A stretch of 64,000 bases of DNA. Source: an uncultured bacterium. Lineage in GTDB: Bacteria; Fidelibacterota; Marinisomatia; Marinisomatales; JACNKV01. Below the pieces are notes generated by a model. That model worked only from the letters and a program-made list of their open reading frames with translations, was not told where the DNA came from and did not search any database. The translations under genes were made by a program, and so were the position numbers. Below, piece after piece: positions 18,800 through 28,894 of the stretch (its first letter is position 1; each line of letters begins with the position of its first letter). The DNA lies in NCBI GenBank assembly GCA_964388155.1, contig CAYLYH010000007.1:5679-69678 (forward strand). Direction: 5' to 3'.

Positions 18800-21589
18800 T
18801 TAGAATCTAACTGAAATACCTGCATTAAATGTACGCGGTAACCCAAAGAATACTTCAGCATCATCAGCTAAGTGTTCTTTTCCGTTACTCGTGTATGCGT
18901 TGTATTTACTGTTGTCGACTGCATCCTGAATATAGGTTTGGTCTGTCAGATTAAATACATGCACAAATGCCTGTAGTTTCGTTCCGATAAAGCTGAACGG
19001 AAGATCATAGGTTGCATGCAAGTCAACTTTATGATAATCCGGTGCCTGCCAACTTTGTCCGCGGTCTGCGGTGGCTTCTGTTCCGTCAAACTCACGACTC
19101 AGCGGATCCCAATCGGCAAAATGATTGGAATACACATTTAACACTGCTTGAATCGTCAACCCTTTCATTGGGAAGAGAGACCCGGCAAATGCATAACCAG
19201 TCTGGGGCATATCACCAATTTTGAGTCCCTTGATGGAGTACATATAGTAGTAGGTTGTATCATTGTCAATGTCTCTGTATTCTCCGTCAACATCTTCAAG
19301 ATATTCCCACTGCCCGACGCTGATAGAGGCGTCAAGACGAAGGATGGGTGCCGGCTGTACAGAAATTTCAAATTCAACTCCGCGATGAGATTGGTTCAAT
19401 CCCGTCAGGAAGAGAATGTCTGTGTCGCCACTGGAACCTTGTCCCGGTTCTACATTCATTGTTAATGTACGATCTTTCCACTGCATGTCGTAGAAATTCA
19501 GTTTAGCGGCGGCTTTACCATCACTTGAATAGATATTCAAGCCACCTTCATAAGCGGTGAATTTCTCATTCTCAGGGTCTTGTGAAACAATACCGTTATA
19601 GTCATCGATAACTGCATCTAAAATCGGAGGTTTGCCAATGTAGCCGAAGTTTCCGAATACGTCTATATTGTCGCTGATCTTGTACAGACCGCCACCTTTA
19701 ACTTGGTAAGAACCAATAGCATCGGTTTCAAGATAAAGTTCTTTCCCTGTCCCCGCACCTGCGTCATCAAGTACTTCTGTAAAGTGATCGGCATATGTGT
19801 AGGAAATGGTGGAGTATCCGGTCATACCATAAAGTGACAGAGCGTTCTTGGTATACTCAAACTGTCCGAAGAAGCCAAGCCAATCAACTGTATTGGTATT
19901 ATGGTAGGCGATGATGTCTCCAAGTCCCTTCTGTTGAGATTCCGGAGTTGTATCAAAGTCATTTCCGTCGTATACGTAATAGTCACCACCTAAAAGGTCA
20001 CGAACTTCTCGAGCATGTTCAATCTCTGCTGTACGCCAATCCAAACCGAATTGTGTTTTAAAGTTATCACTGATGTCATAATTCAGCTTTGAAATTGCGC
20101 CCAATGTCCACTGACGGTTAATGCTGTTTCTCAGAATACCAACTGACTCTTGATCTTCTTTGACCTTCGCACTTTTATCAACATAGAACGTACCGGCATC
20201 CGCTTGATTCATAGCAATCGTTGCATTCCAATCACGTGTCCACGGAGAGCGACCATAGTAGTATTTATAGTCATCATCACCAAGATTACCGTCGGCATCC
20301 ATGGTGTAAATTGAACCGTAAGTTCCTGTACCGCCACCCGATCCGCCGGACCAGTAAAAGATGGTTGATAATCTCATTTGGTCATTGAAGGTCTTGAACC
20401 AGTTTAGGTTTACAAGCGGTTTATGAAAGAAATTTTCTCTTTCATTTAGAAAATCAGGGTCATGACGCTCCATCGTTCGAGCACCATACATATACCAATA
20501 CTGCTTTCCTTTGTAATCGGAGCTGACCGGTGACCAGTTCTGATTGAAGTACCGTCCTACGTCCGCAAATTTACCGCCAATCGCTGCTGTATCATAAAAG
20601 TCTAGTGATTCGGCAAATTCAGGGTCGTATGCGGCAATATTCTGTTTGTACAGACTTTGTCCGTGGCGCTGAGGTGCACCAATGGCATAAAGCTCAAAAC
20701 GGTTCTTTGCATTTAATGCATAGCTAGCACCAAAGTAATATGCCCAGGCATCTGTCCATGTTTTATCAACAACACCGTCACCTGTTTTACGAACGATGGT
20801 TGCACTAAACGCCATTTTGTCTCCAATGAGACCGGTGTTGTAGTTAATTGTGGATTTCAAGAACCCTCCGGCTCCGATTTCTTGTTTGAACTTTCCGCCG
20901 CGTTTAAGGCCAGTCGGATCCGTGATGATGTTCATGGTTCCACCAATAGATGGCGTCGCCAGATTAACAGCACTGAGTCCGCGCTGAACCTGAATGGAAG
21001 ATGTTGCGTCACCGACTCCATCCCAGTTAGACCAGTAAACCCATCCGTTTTCCATATCATTCTGCGGAACACCATTAATCATAACAGCAACGTTGCGCTG
21101 GTTAAATCCACGAATATTGATTCGGGCATCACCGGCTCCGCCACCTTGTTGGGTCGCATAGACACTTGGGGTTACATTGAGCGCCATCGGAATATCCTGG
21201 GATCCCAGGCGTAGTTCCATGTCTTCTTTATCAATGTTTGAATACGCAACAGGTGTATTCCGCGTTGCCCGGGATGCCAGCACTTCTAAGGCAGTAAGTT
21301 CTATAGCTGTTGATTCCAGAGCAAAGGTCACTTTTCCTGATGCTGCCAGGGATTGTGAAGCGTACCCTATCATGGTAGCTGTTAGTGTAGATCCCTCCGG
21401 AACGCCTACGATTGTGAATGCACCATCGGTATCAGCGGCTGCTCCGAGTAATGTTCCTTCTACCACGACATTAGCACCCACGAGCGGGTCTCCTGTTCCG
21501 GCATCTGTAACGGTTCCCGTTACATTTATTTGTGCCATAAGGGTCAATGGTAAAGAAAGAACCATGAGGAATGTGATGACTCTTTTCAT
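18800..21589 (-). CDS. TonB-dependent receptor with N-terminal CarboxypepD_reg-like domain
   Basis: It has a signal peptide, then INVTGTVTDAGTGDPLVGANVVVEG...DGAFTIVGVPEGSTLTATMIGYASQ, a plug region (IRGFNQRNVAVMINGVP) and a long barrel ending in GISVRF. Confidence 0.9.
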   Translation of the reverse strand: MKRVITFLMVLSLPLTLMAQINVTGTVTDAGTGDPLVGANVVVEGTLLGAAADTDGAFTIVGVPEGSTLTATMIGYASQSLAASGKVTFALESTAIELTALEVLASRATRNTPVAYSNIDKEDMELRLGSQDIPMALNVTPSVYATQQGGGAGDARINIRGFNQRNVAVMINGVPQNDMENGWVYWSNWDGVGDATSSIQVQRGLSAVNLATPSIGGTMNIITDPTGLKRGGKFKQEIGAGGFLKSTINYNTGLIGDKMAFSATIVRKTGDGVVDKTWTDAWAYYFGASYALNAKNRFELYAIGAPQRHGQSLYKQNIAAYDPEFAESLDFYDTAAIGGKFADVGRYFNQNWSPVSSDYKGKQYWYMYGARTMERHDPDFLNERENFFHKPLVNLNWFKTFNDQMRLSTIFYWSGGSGGGTGTYGSIYTMDADGNLGDDDYKYYYGRSPWTRDWNATIAMNQADAGTFYVDKSAKVKEDQESVGILRNSINRQWTLGAISKLNYDISDNFKTQFGLDWRTAEIEHAREVRDLLGGDYYVYDGNDFDTTPESQQKGLGDIIAYHNTNTVDWLGFFGQFEYTKNALSLYGMTGYSTISYTYADHFTEVLDDAGAGTGKELYLETDAIGSYQVKGGGLYKISDNIDVFGNFGYIGKPPILDAVIDDYNGIVSQDPENEKFTAYEGGLNIYSSDGKAAAKLNFYDMQWKDRTLTMNVEPGQGSSGDTDILFLTGLNQSHRGVEFEISVQPAPILRLDASISVGQWEYLEDVDGEYRDIDNDTTYYYMYSIKGLKIGDMPQTGYAFAGSLFPMKGLTIQAVLNVYSNHFADWDPLSREFDGTEATADRGQSWQAPDYHKVDLHATYDLPFSFIGTKLQAFVHVFNLTDQTYIQDAVDNSKYNAYTSNGKEHLADDAEVFFGLPRTFNAGISVRF

Positions 21590-21925
21590 GAGTATCTCCT
21601 TGGTTGTTTGTGAATGAAATTCATGTCTTTTTTACATCCAAAAGAGTAATCAAAATTATCTTCTGATCTTTTTTAACTTCTTCATTGACGACTTTTTCTC
21701 TTGTCTGCCCTCAATGCCTCCTTGGAATATACCAGTGAAATTCGGTGAAAACATCCGTTTGGTGCAAGGAATATTTTATTAAATAAATGAGAGCGTGATA
21801 AGAGCTTTTTTATACATGATCTCGCCGTCAACTCCATTAATTATTTTCTTGATTATTGTTCCACTTTACGTGTAAAGTCCTGTGTGGTTAGATTGCAAAT
21901 AACATGTAAAAAAAGGAGAAAAGTT

Positions 21926-22585
21926 ATGAGAAAAGTATACATAGGTACAATCTTGGTGGTTTTAACCTTTGGGCTTGTCATGCTTTCTGCGCAAGATGTA
22001 CAGGACGAGGCCATTGAAGAAGAAGTCATCGAGGCTGAAGAAACCATTGTAGAAGAGGTTTTCGAAGAAGCAGAAGAATCCGTTAACCCCTTGGATGGTT
22101 TTGCAGTGGGATTAAATGTTGGTCTGCCTATTGTTAAAGGAGCCTATCTTGAAGGACAAAGCGGAATAAACTTTGGGCTACTTATCGGCACTCCTTACGG
22201 ATTGCCTTTAGGTCCATTAAACATTGGTGTTGGAGTAGAAGTTTTATCGTACAGCTTCCCTGATGCTGACTTTAATGGTATGGCTGTGCTTGGAACGTTC
22301 AATGTCGGGCTGAATGACTTGCTTGTCTTCCCTGCAACCTTACCGGTTCAGTTTTCTGCACAGGTTGGCGCAGGACTTTACGGCGGCGGCTTTGGAGCTA
22401 CCATCGGTGGGGCTGTGGATATCCCGCTGGAAAAATTCAACGTAAATTTACCACTGGCTGTCAAATTGTACGGTCGCGGAAATGTAATGTCTGATGCTGG
22501 TGAAGATTCCGGAATTGCCGGAGAGCCAACCGGTTGGGTTAACGCAGGCATGATGATTACATACGACGTTTCGACGTTGTTTTAA
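21926..22585 (+). CDS. small outer-membrane beta-barrel-like protein with acidic N-terminal linker
   Basis: The ATG at 21926 is preceded by AAGGAGA. There is a signal peptide (MRKVYIGTILVVLTFGLVMLSAQ), an EEEVIEAEE acidic tract, Gly-rich alternating strands and a C-terminal TYDVSTLF. Confidence 0.5.
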   Translation: MRKVYIGTILVVLTFGLVMLSAQDVQDEAIEEEVIEAEETIVEEVFEEAEESVNPLDGFAVGLNVGLPIVKGAYLEGQSGINFGLLIGTPYGLPLGPLNIGVGVEVLSYSFPDADFNGMAVLGTFNVGLNDLLVFPATLPVQFSAQVGAGLYGGGFGATIGGAVDIPLEKFNVNLPLAVKLYGRGNVMSDAGEDSGIAGEPTGWVNAGMMITYDVSTLF

Positions 22586-22724
22586 TATTTCAGATTAACA
22601 TACCATAATCAGTTAATAGAGAGAACAGTGCCCGAGTTGGGGTGCTGTTTTCTCTAGCCTTTCATCCGGGTGTTGTATTTTAGAGACTGAGTATAAAAAA
22701 CTATTATAAAGGATAGAAAATATA

Positions 22725-22850
22725 ATGGAGTTTATTATTCCAACCGTCATCGTTATAGGATTTCTATATTTCAAGAAGAAGACATGTTATGCATGTCGCA
22801 CTCGTCGCAGACTTTGGACAGAGCGTTGCCCAAAATGTGGAAGACGATAA
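22725..22850 (+). CDS. possible 41-aa membrane-anchored CxxC..CxxC micro-protein
   Basis: The peptide MEFIIPTVIVIGFLYFKKKTCYACRTRRRLWTERCPKCGRR is preceded by AAGGA. It is below the ORF-track cutoff and has no other support. Confidence 0.3.
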   Translation: MEFIIPTVIVIGFLYFKKKTCYACRTRRRLWTERCPKCGRR

Positions 22851-22939
22851 CCGAGTGTGTCATACAACAAGGTTCATCGTAATAACCCGTACCTGAAAGC
22901 CTACTAAGAATGGAGGGATGGATCTTTGGATGATAAATC

Positions 22940-22992
22940 TCAAAATCAAAATCTTCAAATAAAGTCTAAATTTCAAATTTCAAATCCGAAAC
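22940..22992. repeat. A-rich repeat family R4 (CAAAATCAAAATCTTCAAATAAAG...)
   Basis: It resembles both arms of the 59657-59830 element (core CAAATYTYCAAATAAR). Confidence 0.55.
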
Positions 22993-23227
22993 CGTCGTGT
23001 TTGTAATTTTGATATTTTCCGCAAATACCTCGAATCCATATTCCCTGTCCGATAGGCGGTCTCCCTTTCTCTATACTCTTGTTCTCCTTTTTCCATATTC
23101 CCCTAATTGCCCAATTTGTACAGTTTGTTGATTCGGGGCGCAATACTGTGATAAGCAAAAAAATAAACTGTTTTCATACTTCATAATAATGTAAGAATTT
23201 CTCCCGGTTAATCATCGGAGAATATTT

Positions 23228-24784
23228 ATGAAACCTGTTGTTCTTATTGTTATGGACGGCGTCGGCGTGAATCCAAATCCAAAAGGGAATGCCGTTTTGG
23301 CTGCTGACACTCCAAATCTGGATTATTTTAGAAGCAATTATCCGCACACGCTATTGAAAGCATCGGGTGAGGCGGTTGGGTTGCCCGCTGGATTTCAGGG
23401 GTCCAGCGAAGTTGGTCATCTCAGTATGGGTGCCGGTAGAGTTGTCGAACAGGAGCTGAAGCGCATCAATGACCAGTTAGAGAATGGCAGTCTGTTTCAA
23501 TGTGCAAGCTGGAAACAGCTCATGGCGAACTGGAAAGCCAACCAATCCAATTTTCATTTGTTCGGACTACTCCAGGATGAGGGCGTTCATGCTCATCAAG
23601 ACCATCTGTACAAATTTATGGCACAGTCGCGAAAGGAAAACCCGACAGGAAAGCTCGTCATTCATCCTTTTCTCGACGGCAGGGATACACCACCACGCAG
23701 TACATTAGAATTTTTCTATACACTCCAAAACCACATAAAAGAGGTCGGAAATTGTACAATCGGAACAATCATGGGGCGTTATTACGGAATGGATCGTGTC
23801 CGAAGCTGGAAACTTACCGATTTGGCATACAACTGTATTGTAAATGCGGAAGGCAGGCACGTGAACAATCCTGAGAACGCTATTCGCGCATCCTATGAGC
23901 AGGATAAAACGCCGACAGATACAGAAATGTTTGATGAATACATTCCGCCCCACGTCATCGGAGATTTTTCCGGCGTCCAAGACGGAGACTGTATTTTACA
24001 CACCAATTACCGGCAAGACCGCGCGATCCAGTTATCGATGGCATTTGTTGACGACAGTTATCCAGGGAACCTCAAGCGAAAACCAAATGTTACTTTTGTC
24101 GGACTCACCCGTTATTATGATGAATTTAAATCGTTCTTACTGGGGGGATTTGATGGTGGATCGGTGTCTTTGGGAAACCTTACAGGAGAAATTATTTCTA
24201 AAGCAGGATTAAAGCAATTGCGACTGGCCGAAACACAGAAATTCCGCCACGTCACCAGTTTTTTTAACGGTAAATCCACTACGCCATTCCCAAATGAAGA
24301 TCAGGTAGAAATTCCAAGCAGATTCGATCCATCCAGCTTTGCCAATCACCCGGAAATGGAAGCCTACCATGTTGCCGAAGAATTATTGAAGCGGCTGGAT
24401 GATAATTCGTATGCATTTATTTTAGTGAATTTTGCCAACGGCGATATGGTCGGACATACCGGCGATTTTGATGCGGCAAAAAATGCCGTCGAAATTGTGG
24501 ATGAATGCGTCGGTGACGTAACAAAAAGGGTGCTGGAACTTGGCGGTAAAATCATAATCACTGCCGATCATGGAAACTCCGATCAAATGATTGATTATGA
24601 AACCGGGCAGCCGCGAACCAGCCATTCATTAAATCCGGTGGAATTTATTTATATCGCTGAAAATGCTTCAAATAAAACTCTGAAGAAATCAGGTGTGCTT
24701 TCTGATATCGGTCCAACCATCCTGAAACTTATGAATTTGCCCATCCCAAATGAGATGATAGCGGATGTACTAGTGATGGATTAG
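23228..24784 (+). CDS. gpmI: 2,3-bisphosphoglycerate-independent phosphoglycerate mutase
   Basis: Contains VVLIVMDGVGV, SEVGHLSMGAGR, GDMVGHTG and ITADHGN. Confidence 0.95.
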   Translation: MKPVVLIVMDGVGVNPNPKGNAVLAADTPNLDYFRSNYPHTLLKASGEAVGLPAGFQGSSEVGHLSMGAGRVVEQELKRINDQLENGSLFQCASWKQLMANWKANQSNFHLFGLLQDEGVHAHQDHLYKFMAQSRKENPTGKLVIHPFLDGRDTPPRSTLEFFYTLQNHIKEVGNCTIGTIMGRYYGMDRVRSWKLTDLAYNCIVNAEGRHVNNPENAIRASYEQDKTPTDTEMFDEYIPPHVIGDFSGVQDGDCILHTNYRQDRAIQLSMAFVDDSYPGNLKRKPNVTFVGLTRYYDEFKSFLLGGFDGGSVSLGNLTGEIISKAGLKQLRLAETQKFRHVTSFFNGKSTTPFPNEDQVEIPSRFDPSSFANHPEMEAYHVAEELLKRLDDNSYAFILVNFANGDMVGHTGDFDAAKNAVEIVDECVGDVTKRVLELGGKIIITADHGNSDQMIDYETGQPRTSHSLNPVEFIYIAENASNKTLKKSGVLSDIGPTILKLMNLPIPNEMIADVLVMD

Positions 24785-24840
24785 GAGACATGGAGAAACG
24801 GTACGTGGGAGAACTGTGTTTTACCCATCTACCCTTCAAC

Positions 24841-25620
24841 TTATTTCAACTGAGCTTTTGGCGTAAATAACTGCCGGTAAACCAGCGCCAGCACCAAAAT
24901 ATCCGCCAAGGCAGTTGTAGTAACCCACATATACATTATCATTATTTGATACCGGACTGCAACCAGAGGATCAACTCCGGAAAGGATTTGTCCTGACATA
25001 ATTCCCGGTAAAAACACAATCCCGACGGTCATCATCGAATTGATAGTCGGAATCAATGCCGCCTGAACGGATTCCCGTATCGAATCTTGAACGGCTGCCC
25101 TCACCGGAGATCCCAGCGACAGCATCATTTCAATTTCCCCGCTGCGATGCTGAAGTTCACTCATAAATCGGTTCGTGGCTAATGTGGTGGAGTTCATTGC
25201 ATTCCCGATGATCATGCCACCGATCGGGATTATAGCATAAGGATAATACCACGGTTTTACATCCAATATAAATGCCAAAATGACTCCCAGCACAATCACA
25301 AGCGTTGCAAATAATGATCCAGTTAAAATAAGAAAATAATTCGGTATCGGTGTTTTTTTCTGTCGACGTGCGCCTTCAAATCCAGCGATGAGCGTCATTA
25401 CAACAATGAGCCCTATCATGAAACTCCAATGGCGCTGTTCAAAGAAAAATGTTAGCACATATCCCATGAAAGTGAGTTGGACGAATGACCGTATCGTTCC
25501 GATAATCAATGTTTTTTCCAATCCGATTTTCCACCAGCGAATTAACACTAACGTAAGTCCGACTAAAACCAGTGAAACAAATACATCTGTCCATGTGATA
25601 TGGTAAAAAACCTGTATCAT
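24841..25620 (-). CDS. FetB/YbbM-like (UPF0014) ABC exporter permease
   Basis: About 7 transmembrane spans with the family layout. The ATG at 25620 (MIQVFYHITW) is preferred over the TTG at 25644. Confidence 0.75.
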   Translation of the reverse strand: MIQVFYHITWTDVFVSLVLVGLTLVLIRWWKIGLEKTLIIGTIRSFVQLTFMGYVLTFFFEQRHWSFMIGLIVVMTLIAGFEGARRQKKTPIPNYFLILTGSLFATLVIVLGVILAFILDVKPWYYPYAIIPIGGMIIGNAMNSTTLATNRFMSELQHRSGEIEMMLSLGSPVRAAVQDSIRESVQAALIPTINSMMTVGIVFLPGIMSGQILSGVDPLVAVRYQIMIMYMWVTTTALADILVLALVYRQLFTPKAQLK

Positions 25621-25650
25621 AGTGTTTTCACGCAAAGTTTGCAAAGGAAA

Positions 25651-25795
25651 ACGCAGAGGCCGCAGAAGATATTACAGGTTATTAACAATTCTGTTTATTC
25701 CGTTTTTACTAATTTTTCGTTGAAGTTAATTAATAATGCTAAACGCAGATCAGAAATCTTTAAATATGTTGTGGTGTCATTGCGTTCTCTGCGTG
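25651..25795. repeat. R3-type inverted half-sites inside the fetA-fetB spacer
   Basis: ACGCAGAGGCCGCAGAAG (25651-25668) faces TGCGTTCTCTGCGTG (25781-25795). Together they occupy a 184-nt gap between two genes that would normally be adjacent. Confidence 0.55.
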
Positions 25796-25804
25796 AATTT
25801 TTCA

Positions 25805-26527
25805 CTATTTTTCATCCAATAAAAAATGCTGTACTTCTTTTGTTTTGGGATTAGAAAGAACATCAACATTACCTTCTTCAATAATTTTCCCGTCAATCAG
25901 AACGACGACTCTGTTCACAAATTTTTCAATCAGCGAATGATTGTGCGATGAAATCAAGACTGTAAGTCCTAGTTCCTTTTGCAGATCTGAAAACAATTTG
26001 ATAATGGATTTTGCCAATTTCGGATCGAGATTTGCCGTTGGTTCATCCAGAAGTAATACTCTCGGTTCATTCAATAGTACACGTGCCAATGCTACACGCT
26101 GTTTCTCACCGCCGGACAGTGATTGGGCATCCTTGCTTAGAAATCTTTGATCCAAACCAACATGTTCCATCACCGTGATCAGTTTATCTGCGGAAAATAT
26201 ATTGCCACTCCACCGTTCTGTGATGCGTAAATTTTCTTCCACCGATCCTTTCATCATCACCGGAGATTGAAACACCATCCCGACGTTTTTTCTCAGTTCG
26301 AGAGCCGGATGATCTTCCAGCGGTTGGTTGTCAAAAATAATGCTCCCGGAGGTTGGTGAATCCATGCCGTTCAGCAACCGAAGCAACGATGTCTTCCCCG
26401 CCCCCGACGGACCCAATACCGCTAGAGTATCTCCGCGATTGACGGTAAATGAAAGGTCGTTGAGAATGGTTACAGCCTCCCGACGAAGAACTATATGGTT
26501 TAAATCAAATAATGGTTGTTCGTTCAC
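25805..26527 (-). CDS. ABC transporter ATP-binding protein (FetA/YbbL-like)
   Basis: Contains Walker A (GPSGAGKTS), the signature LSGGEKQR and Walker B (LLLDEPT). Confidence 0.85.
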   Translation of the reverse strand: MNEQPLFDLNHIVLRREAVTILNDLSFTVNRGDTLAVLGPSGAGKTSLLRLLNGMDSPTSGSIIFDNQPLEDHPALELRKNVGMVFQSPVMMKGSVEENLRITERWSGNIFSADKLITVMEHVGLDQRFLSKDAQSLSGGEKQRVALARVLLNEPRVLLLDEPTANLDPKLAKSIIKLFSDLQKELGLTVLISSHNHSLIEKFVNRVVVLIDGKIIEEGNVDVLSNPKTKEVQHFLLDEK

Positions 26528-26602
26528 ATCATGAAATTACGGACAGAACAGAATGTGATAAAGGGTTAATGTGTTAGCGAGTTCGTGTGTTAATGTGCTT
26601 AT

Positions 26603-26950
26603 TTATAACGTAATCACTTTATCCGCTTTTTGTTGTGCTGTCAGTATGTCGGGCATGTGGCTTTGTATGCCAATTCGCACGTTTTCTGCAATTTCGTAAT
26701 GATTTAAACACGTGCTGCAGATGAAGAGTAAAACGCCCTTGTCCGATAATGTCTGAAGCTCCTCCAGTACAGGAGAACCATCCACTGTAAGTTTGACACC
26801 CTCCGCGTAAAAAGTAATTACATCTGGCAGTTCTTTACTTTCAATCAATAGTTTTAGATAACTTTTTATCAATTTATGCTGCAGTAATTTGTCTGCATTT
26901 CCCATCCCATTTTTTGTAATTTGAATAACAGTTGATTTTATTGAACTCAC
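26603..26950 (-). CDS. DsrE-like protein resembling the C-terminal domain of selenium-metabolism protein YedF
   Basis: ITKNGMGNADKLLQHKLIKSYLKLL....PDVITFYAEGVKLTVDGSPVLEELQTLSDKGVLLFICSTCLNHY follows the pattern I remember for the YedF C-terminal half. No SirA-like N-terminal domain is present. Confidence 0.55.
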   Translation of the reverse strand: MSSIKSTVIQITKNGMGNADKLLQHKLIKSYLKLLIESKELPDVITFYAEGVKLTVDGSPVLEELQTLSDKGVLLFICSTCLNHYEIAENVRIGIQSHMPDILTAQQKADKVITL

Positions 26951-26960
26951 TTTTTTTCTC

Positions 26961-27776
26961 CTATCTTTTGTTTAAAGTTAAACTGGTTAAGGAAAACATC
27001 ACCAACAAAACTCCGAATGTTACAACGATTGCAGCTCCTGTCGGGATATCCAACATCAATGATGCTAACATGCCGAAAAAACTCCCGACAACACCAAACG
27101 TCCATCCGAAGATCAAACGGTTGCGATTTCCATTTACAAACAGAAGTGCCGCAACAGCCGGAATGATTAAAAAAGAAAACACAAGCAGTACGCCGGCAAT
27201 CTTTACCGAACTCGTTACAACAAATCCAAATGTTACATAGAACAGAAAATCCCAGATTCTGGTGTGCGGTAATTCTCGTTCGCCACGATTTTTCGAAGCT
27301 TCTAAAAACTCTTTTCTGAAAAACCAGTGGAAAACTCCAATAACCGCATACAGTAAAAACGTGATACCGACGATCTTAGGGGTTACAAACAAGATGGAAC
27401 CGACCAGCAAGTGATTGATATGCTCGGCTCCTTCTGCGGATTTACTGAAGAGCAAAATCATAAGTGCCGCCGTAACGACGTAGGTGATTCCGATGGTGGC
27501 TTCCTGCGGGACTTTGTCATTCCGTGTACGTGTAATCGCAAACAGAGTTGCGCCAAGAAACGTAAATCCAAGAGCAATGAAATAGGTGATTGTAGAGTCG
27601 TGTTCCCAACCCAGTAGGATGCCAACAGCCGTACCCAGCGCGGCGACCTGCGCCAATGCAAGGTCAACAAAAATAACACCACGAGTGACGACATGGAGTC
27701 CCAGGTAAACGTGGATTCCAGTTAAAACAAGTGTCGCCAAAAACGGCCAGATTAAGAGGTCTAATGCTTCAAACAT
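26961..27776 (-). CDS. metal ABC transporter permease (ZnuB/TroC-type, ABC-3 family)
   Basis: 271 aa with 8-9 transmembrane spans in the ABC-3 layout. It sits next to a ZnuA-type binding protein. Confidence 0.88.
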   Translation of the reverse strand: MFEALDLLIWPFLATLVLTGIHVYLGLHVVTRGVIFVDLALAQVAALGTAVGILLGWEHDSTITYFIALGFTFLGATLFAITRTRNDKVPQEATIGITYVVTAALMILLFSKSAEGAEHINHLLVGSILFVTPKIVGITFLLYAVIGVFHWFFRKEFLEASKNRGERELPHTRIWDFLFYVTFGFVVTSSVKIAGVLLVFSFLIIPAVAALLFVNGNRNRLIFGWTFGVVGSFFGMLASLMLDIPTGAAIVVTFGVLLVMFSLTSLTLNKR

Positions 27777-27815
27777 AGTGTTGTCCTTTTTTGTTTAATA
27801 ACCTTCTTGGTTATT

Positions 27816-27912
27816 GTCATCACTTGAGTGTAGTGGAACGAAACGAAGGATCTCTAATCAATCCTTTGTCTTACATCACTGTTTGAGATTCTTCGCTCCG
27901 CTCCAGAATGAC
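27816..27912. repeat. inverted pair of R2-like units between znuA and znuB
   Basis: GTCATCACTTGAGTGTAGTGGAACGAAACGAAGGATCTC (27816-27854, +) is paired with AGATTCTTCGCTCCGCTCCAGAATGAC (27886-27912, i.e. R2 on the minus strand). Confidence 0.6.
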
Positions 27913-27936
27913 ATACTCTATTGTATAAATTGTTGT

Positions 27937-28812
27937 TTATTTATTGAGATGCTTCTTTAACGTTTCCAAATTGTAGCGGAACATATTCAAATACGAATCC
28001 GCTTCTTTCACTGCCCCGACGGACTGTGCCAGTTTAGCAACCTTGATTCCGGTTTTCTGATGTAGGTATTCTGGTGCCTGATTGCTAAAATACGGTTCCA
28101 TCGCTATTAAACTGATATCATCGTTTCTTATGATATGTAATAACCTTTCCAAATGAGCAGGGCTGGGTGTAATCCCCGGTTTTGGTTCAAGAAAAGCCAC
28201 CGCGTTCAACTCAAACCGTTCTGTGAAATACGGCCAGGAATTGTGATAGAAAAACAGATTCATTCCCTTCAGATCTGCGTAGGTTTCCAGCCACGCCTTC
28301 AATGCAGAATCAACATTTTTCAGGAATTGAGCTAAGTTGGATTCATACACCTCCCTGCCGGCAGGATCTGCGTTAATAAGCGCAACAGTGATCGCTGAAG
28401 CAATGATTTTTCCATTGTTCGGATCTAGCCAGTAATGCGGATTTCCGTACTTATGGATGTCTCCCAAACGAGCATCCACTTTATTGGTCGGGACTTCCAG
28501 TCGATGAATTCCCTGCGAGCAATCCACAATTTGAAGATCACGGTTTCGTGAACCGTCGATGATCTGCTGCGCCCAAAGATCCAATTCCATTCCGACCTGT
28601 AGATAAATATCTGCCCGTTTCACTTTCATCATATACGAAGGCAGAACCTCTACATAATGCGGGTCTTGATTCCCACGGGCAATGCTGGTGACTTTCACCC
28701 GCTTACCACCGATTGTTTTAGCGATATCCGCCAGATCGGTAATTGATGTTACAACGGTGACCTTACCGAAAACAATTCCGGTTAGCAAGATCGTGATGAG
28801 TAACTTTTTCAT
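27937..28812 (-). CDS. metal ABC transporter substrate-binding protein (ZnuA/TroA family)
   Basis: Contains KVTVVTSITDLADIAKTIGG, DPHYVEVLPS, NPHYWLDP and the family layout. The ATG at 28812 (MKKLLITILL, signal peptide) is preferred over the GTG at 28833. Confidence 0.9.
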   Translation of the reverse strand: MKKLLITILLTGIVFGKVTVVTSITDLADIAKTIGGKRVKVTSIARGNQDPHYVEVLPSYMMKVKRADIYLQVGMELDLWAQQIIDGSRNRDLQIVDCSQGIHRLEVPTNKVDARLGDIHKYGNPHYWLDPNNGKIIASAITVALINADPAGREVYESNLAQFLKNVDSALKAWLETYADLKGMNLFFYHNSWPYFTERFELNAVAFLEPKPGITPSPAHLERLLHIIRNDDISLIAMEPYFSNQAPEYLHQKTGIKVAKLAQSVGAVKEADSYLNMFRYNLETLKKHLNK

Positions 28813-28828
28813 AATTATTTTCCTTTCT

Positions 28829-28888
28829 GCCACAGAGTCACAGAGAAAAACACAAAAAGTATCTCCGTGTCCTCTGAGTCTCAGTGGC
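28829..28888. repeat. R3 (CACAGAG-type) imperfect palindrome
   Basis: GCCACAGAGTCACAGAG (28829-28845) faces CCTCTGAGTCTCAGTGGC (28871-28888). The element lies between the outer-membrane barrel gene and znuA. Confidence 0.7.
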
Positions 28889-28894
28889 TTAATT

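Noticed and set aside
22619-22655. Hairpin GAGAGAACAGTGC...GTGCTGTTTTCTC after the small outer-membrane protein gene as a terminator
   Set aside because: The stem is plausible but relies on G-U pairs, and no T-run follows. It is too weak to call.
25805-26527. The FetA-like ATPase as the missing ZnuC for the ZnuAB genes
   Set aside because: It sits directly upstream of a UPF0014/FetB-type permease, its usual partner. It is separated from znuB by another gene, and nothing in the sequence ties it to ABC-3 importers.
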